From Piedraia hortae CBS 480.64 (lineage: Eukaryota), in contig MU005968.1 in NCBI GenBank assembly GCA_010093745.1, positions 124,001-188,000 of the forward strand: a DNA stretch of 64,000 bases. The letters are read 5' to 3'. Under the pieces are notes generated by a model that saw only the letters and a list, made by a program, of their open reading frames with translations, did no database searches and was not told the DNA's origin. This document shows positions 60,753 through 64,000 of the stretch, piece after piece; within the stretch, counting starts at the first letter, position 1; the number at the start of each line of letters is the position of its first letter. Made by a program: the position numbers and the translations under genes.

Positions 60753-63700
60753 ATGTCTCAGTACCCACGCCAGAACCAGCAGACCCAGCACCAGCCTTAT
60801 CACGACGCGCATGGCCGTCTGCCGAGCCAAGGGTCCGTCCCACCGCCGCTGCCGCCGCGGCCGGGGCATTCAAGCCACTCGGCGCATTCTGCACCATCCG
60901 ACCATCCGGATGAGAGGTCGACCGTATACGGTAATGGGCATGTAGCGGCCTACAACCCGGCTCTCTATGCACAGTACGATCCACGCGCATACGCCATGGT
61001 CGACTCGTCTAGCCCCCATGCGCAGCAATACAACCCCGCGGGCTGGGTCAATCACGGTGGCTACCCCGACGGTCAGCAGCACGGGTACAGTGCGCCTTCC
61101 AACGGCCGCCGGTCGCCGCGGCCCCTGCCACCAAGGCCCGGGGATGCGTTGGAGCAGCGTCAGGTGTCAGGCGGAGCGGTGGGCGGGGCGTACGACTACC
61201 AAACGACTCCGAGTCTGAGCGGACCGTTAGATGACCCCTACATGTCCCTCTCGCGGTCTTACTCCAACTCGCACCTCGAACTCTCTCCTATACAGCACTC
61301 TCCGCTGCCGTCTCCACCCGGCTTGTCCCTGGGTCCGCCGCCGCCGGCCCATGGCGACCGGCATCCCCAAGGTCGGGCGCTGCCGCAGCCGCAGGAGGAA
61401 GACGAGAGCGATGACTCGTATAATGACGCCGAGAGGGCTTTTGACGAGCTGGAGCAGGCTGTCTTGGCCAGCTACAACTCAGCGCCGTCCTTATATCCGC
61501 CCTATCCAACTGAGGATCCGGCGGTTCAGCTCTCTGCCACCCATAGTTATATTGGCGAAGGCGAGCAAGACTATATTGGCATGTACGATGACGACGACGA
61601 CGACGCCTGGTCTGGGCAAGAGCCTGCCCGTAACGATTCCACCCGGCAGCCAGCATGGACCCCCGAGGCTGAGGTCGATATCCTGGACATGCCCACCCCC
61701 AGTGCCTTTTATGAGGGATATTCGTATCCTCCGGCTGCTGATCATCATGATGATGGCTTTGGTGCAAGACCGACCGGGTCGAGCCAGCAATCGTCGTTGA
61801 GACGAAGCCATGCTTCGCAGTCGAGCCAGGCCAGTGGCTACGGTTACTCATATGGAGTTCCGATGGATGAGTATCCGGCCATAAACAGGCGTCCCAGCTT
61901 CGACGAGGGCGACGAGGAACCGTTGACTAGGGCAGACGACATGGTTGAGCCTCAGGACATGGCATCTTCCCTGTTTCCCCCCAGTAGACCCCTGCCAGAC
62001 GTTCCTGGTCAAAATTCGTTGAGATCTGCTCTACGTAGGCCAACCTCTGCCTTTCCGTTTGGCGAGACGGTGAACAATGCCCACATGTTCCGTACAACCA
62101 GCTTGGTTTCGACCCACGTGCCGCCGCAAGTTGAGCAGCCGCTACGTTCTAGAACCAATGCAGAGGAGCCGCGGAGGACGCAACGGTCGTCTTATGTGCC
62201 GAATTTTGATCTCACACTGAGCACTCACGCATCTCCTTTGGATCTGCCAACGATTGGTGCCAGGAAGTTTGCACCCGGCAAGCTCGGCGCCCAAGACTTC
62301 AAGAAATGTTCTGAGCCATGGGCCATGTCGGGAATCATGTCTTGGCTGGCCCAGACTGTCTCCCCGGAGCAGTATGCTGAGCTCAAGGAAGCCGATGTAT
62401 TAGAGGCGTTGGTGGCCTTGTTCACCCACAAGGTGCCGACCATGAACATTGCCGATGCGGAGGGTCTCGGGGGCCATTTCATCTCACAGATGTATGCGCA
62501 AGGCCGGTTGGTAAAGTCGGAAGAGTGGGTTTCCATAGTCTCAGGCAAGATGGAAGGCGTGATATATCAGTTGACGGGTACCGGATGCTATTCGCCTAGG
62601 CTACACGAGCACGTCGAGCCTGGGCGTTGCTACAGTCGCTTGTGCCAGCGGACGCTGAAAAAAGTCAACCTTCAAGGCCCGCCGGCTCGGGAAATGGAGA
62701 GCTGGGAAGTGTTCTACAACCTGTCAAGGTCAGACTGGGAAAATGCAGACAAGAAGGAGCTGCAGAGGCAAAATGTGCTGCATGAAATTGTTCAGACTGA
62801 GGAACGGTATATGAGGCAGATTAACGTGCTTCGAAAGCTCTACCGCGACCAGCTTGCCAATGCTGAGCCTTCGATCATCACCCCAGAACGCAAGACCGAG
62901 TTTTTGAAAGAAGTGTTTGGCCGCATCGATGCGGTGAAACGGGCAAACGAAGACTACCTGTTACCGCAACTCAAGTACAGACAAGAGGAGCAGGGACCGT
63001 GGGTCGTTGGCTTTTCCGACATCTTTAGACAGTGGATACGCAAGGCAAGAACAGCATACCTAGACTACGCTGCCGGCTTTCCAGCCGCTAACCTACTCGT
63101 ACGTCAAGAGCTGCAACGGAATCTGGATTTCCGGGCCTTTATCGAGCGAGCAAGCAAAGATGAACGGTCCAGCCGACTGCAGTGGGACACATATCTCAAG
63201 GCGCCCATAACGCGGTTGCAGCGCTATGGCCTGCTGCTGGAGTCGGTGCTCAAGTGCATGAAGGAAGAGAGTACTGAGAAGAAGGAACTCAAAATTGCGT
63301 GGGAAGAGGTGAAAAAAGTGACTCTGGAGTGTGATGCACGCGTGGCTGAGATGCAACGCAAGGCCGACCTTAAAGACTTGGCTACTAGATTGGTCTTGCG
63401 GCCAGCCATAAGGGAAAGCGTCAAGCTCAACCTAGATCATTACAGACGTGAGCTCGTCTATAGGGGTGATCTGCAGCGGAACAGTGAGAAGAAGATGGCA
63501 TGGCTCGACTCACATGTGTTGCTGTTCGACCACTACCTCGTCCTGGCTAAGCTGACAGATCGACGAACGTACGATGTTAGTCGCCCTCCGATCCCAATGG
63601 ACTTGCTGGTGCTGGAAAGCACCAATGAGCCGCTAATCCAGAAGTCGAGCTATGTCAGAGGCATCACGTCTGTAGCCGCCCCGGGCACCAGCCCCGTACC

Positions 63701-64000
63701 AACTGTAATGCAGAATGGGCCTGTGACGACTCTGGGCGAGAGTGATAAGATTCTCTATCCCTTCAAGATCAAGCATGTGGGTCAACACGGTCACACTTAT
63801 ACTTTGCTTGCTTCGTCTGAGAATAGTCGAAGGGAATGGTGTCAGAACATCATTAAGGCGAAGATGAAGCGCGCCGCGGCGCTTCAGGCTCAGAATGCAG
63901 AGCCATTCCGTCTGCGGATCATGGCTGATAGCGCCTTTGCACCGCCCACGATGACTACCGGACTGGCAGGAGGGAAAGCGCCGACCATAGCCAACACTCC
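60753..64000 (+). CDS. Rho1 guanine-nucleotide exchange factor, Tus1/Rgf3-like (runs off window end)
   Basis: Open frame from ATG 60753: Pro/Tyr-rich N-terminus, EPWAMSGIMSWL..LFTHKVPTMNIADAE, GTGCYSPRLH, DH domain ELQRQNVLHEIVQTEERY..YLKAPITRLQRYGLLL, and PH domain LLFDHYLVLAK..PIPMDLLVLES. Confidence 0.9.
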   Translation, partial: MSQYPRQNQQTQHQPYHDAHGRLPSQGSVPPPLPPRPGHSSHSAHSAPSDHPDERSTVYGNGHVAAYNPALYAQYDPRAYAMVDSSSPHAQQYNPAGWVNHGGYPDGQQHGYSAPSNGRRSPRPLPPRPGDALEQRQVSGGAVGGAYDYQTTPSLSGPLDDPYMSLSRSYSNSHLELSPIQHSPLPSPPGLSLGPPPPAHGDRHPQGRALPQPQEEDESDDSYNDAERAFDELEQAVLASYNSAPSLYPPYPTEDPAVQLSATHSYIGEGEQDYIGMYDDDDDDAWSGQEPARNDSTRQPAWTPEAEVDILDMPTPSAFYEGYSYPPAADHHDDGFGARPTGSSQQSSLRRSHASQSSQASGYGYSYGVPMDEYPAINRRPSFDEGDEEPLTRADDMVEPQDMASSLFPPSRPLPDVPGQNSLRSALRRPTSAFPFGETVNNAHMFRTTSLVSTHVPPQVEQPLRSRTNAEEPRRTQRSSYVPNFDLTLSTHASPLDLPTIGARKFAPGKLGAQDFKKCSEPWAMSGIMSWLAQTVSPEQYAELKEADVLEALVALFTHKVPTMNIADAEGLGGHFISQMYAQGRLVKSEEWVSIVSGKMEGVIYQLTGTGCYSPRLHEHVEPGRCYSRLCQRTLKKVNLQGPPAREMESWEVFYNLSRSDWENADKKELQRQNVLHEIVQTEERYMRQINVLRKLYRDQLANAEPSIITPERKTEFLKEVFGRIDAVKRANEDYLLPQLKYRQEEQGPWVVGFSDIFRQWIRKARTAYLDYAAGFPAANLLVRQELQRNLDFRAFIERASKDERSSRLQWDTYLKAPITRLQRYGLLLESVLKCMKEESTEKKELKIAWEEVKKVTLECDARVAEMQRKADLKDLATRLVLRPAIRESVKLNLDHYRRELVYRGDLQRNSEKKMAWLDSHVLLFDHYLVLAKLTDRRTYDVSRPPIPMDLLVLESTNEPLIQKSSYVRGITSVAAPGTSPVPTVMQNGPVTTLGESDKILYPFKIKHVGQHGHTYTLLASSENSRREWCQNIIKAKMKRAAALQAQNAEPFRLRIMADSAFAPPTMTTGLAGGKAPTIANT

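Overview
Filamentous-ascomycete (Pezizomycotina-type) genomic DNA with short (about 42-57 nt) GT-AG introns and one 50-N assembly gap. Compact gene blocks alternate with accessory islands. The gene blocks are: annexin, a GPI-anchored BIM1/X325-like protein and a Ser/Pro-rich protein (2.4-7.8 kb); an IBD2-like protein (24-25.8 kb); a peroxisomal nucleotide carrier, a small low-complexity protein, a PFA5-like palmitoyltransferase and a COQ11-like SDR (45.9-50.8 kb); and a GH17 enzyme plus a Tus1/Rgf3-like RhoGEF (58.8-64 kb). The islands (about 1-1.7, 8-23.9, 26-45.7 and 51-58.4 kb) are patchworks of short, abutting or interleaved fragments of Copia, Gypsy, Tad1-LINE, PIF/Harbinger, hAT, pogo/Tc1 and CACTA-like elements, without obvious RIP-type AT enrichment. 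One intact NACHT-WD40 NLR sits inside an island. An intron-containing tRNA-Phe and a divergent but structurally compensated 5S rRNA gene each sit at an island/gene-block border, transcribed into the island. The most unusual signals are colinear chimeras: LINE endonuclease and RT pieces interleaved in a CACTA-like transposase, and a Gypsy RT continued by a Copia RT in homologous motif order. All family calls come from motif recognition by eye; no searches were run.
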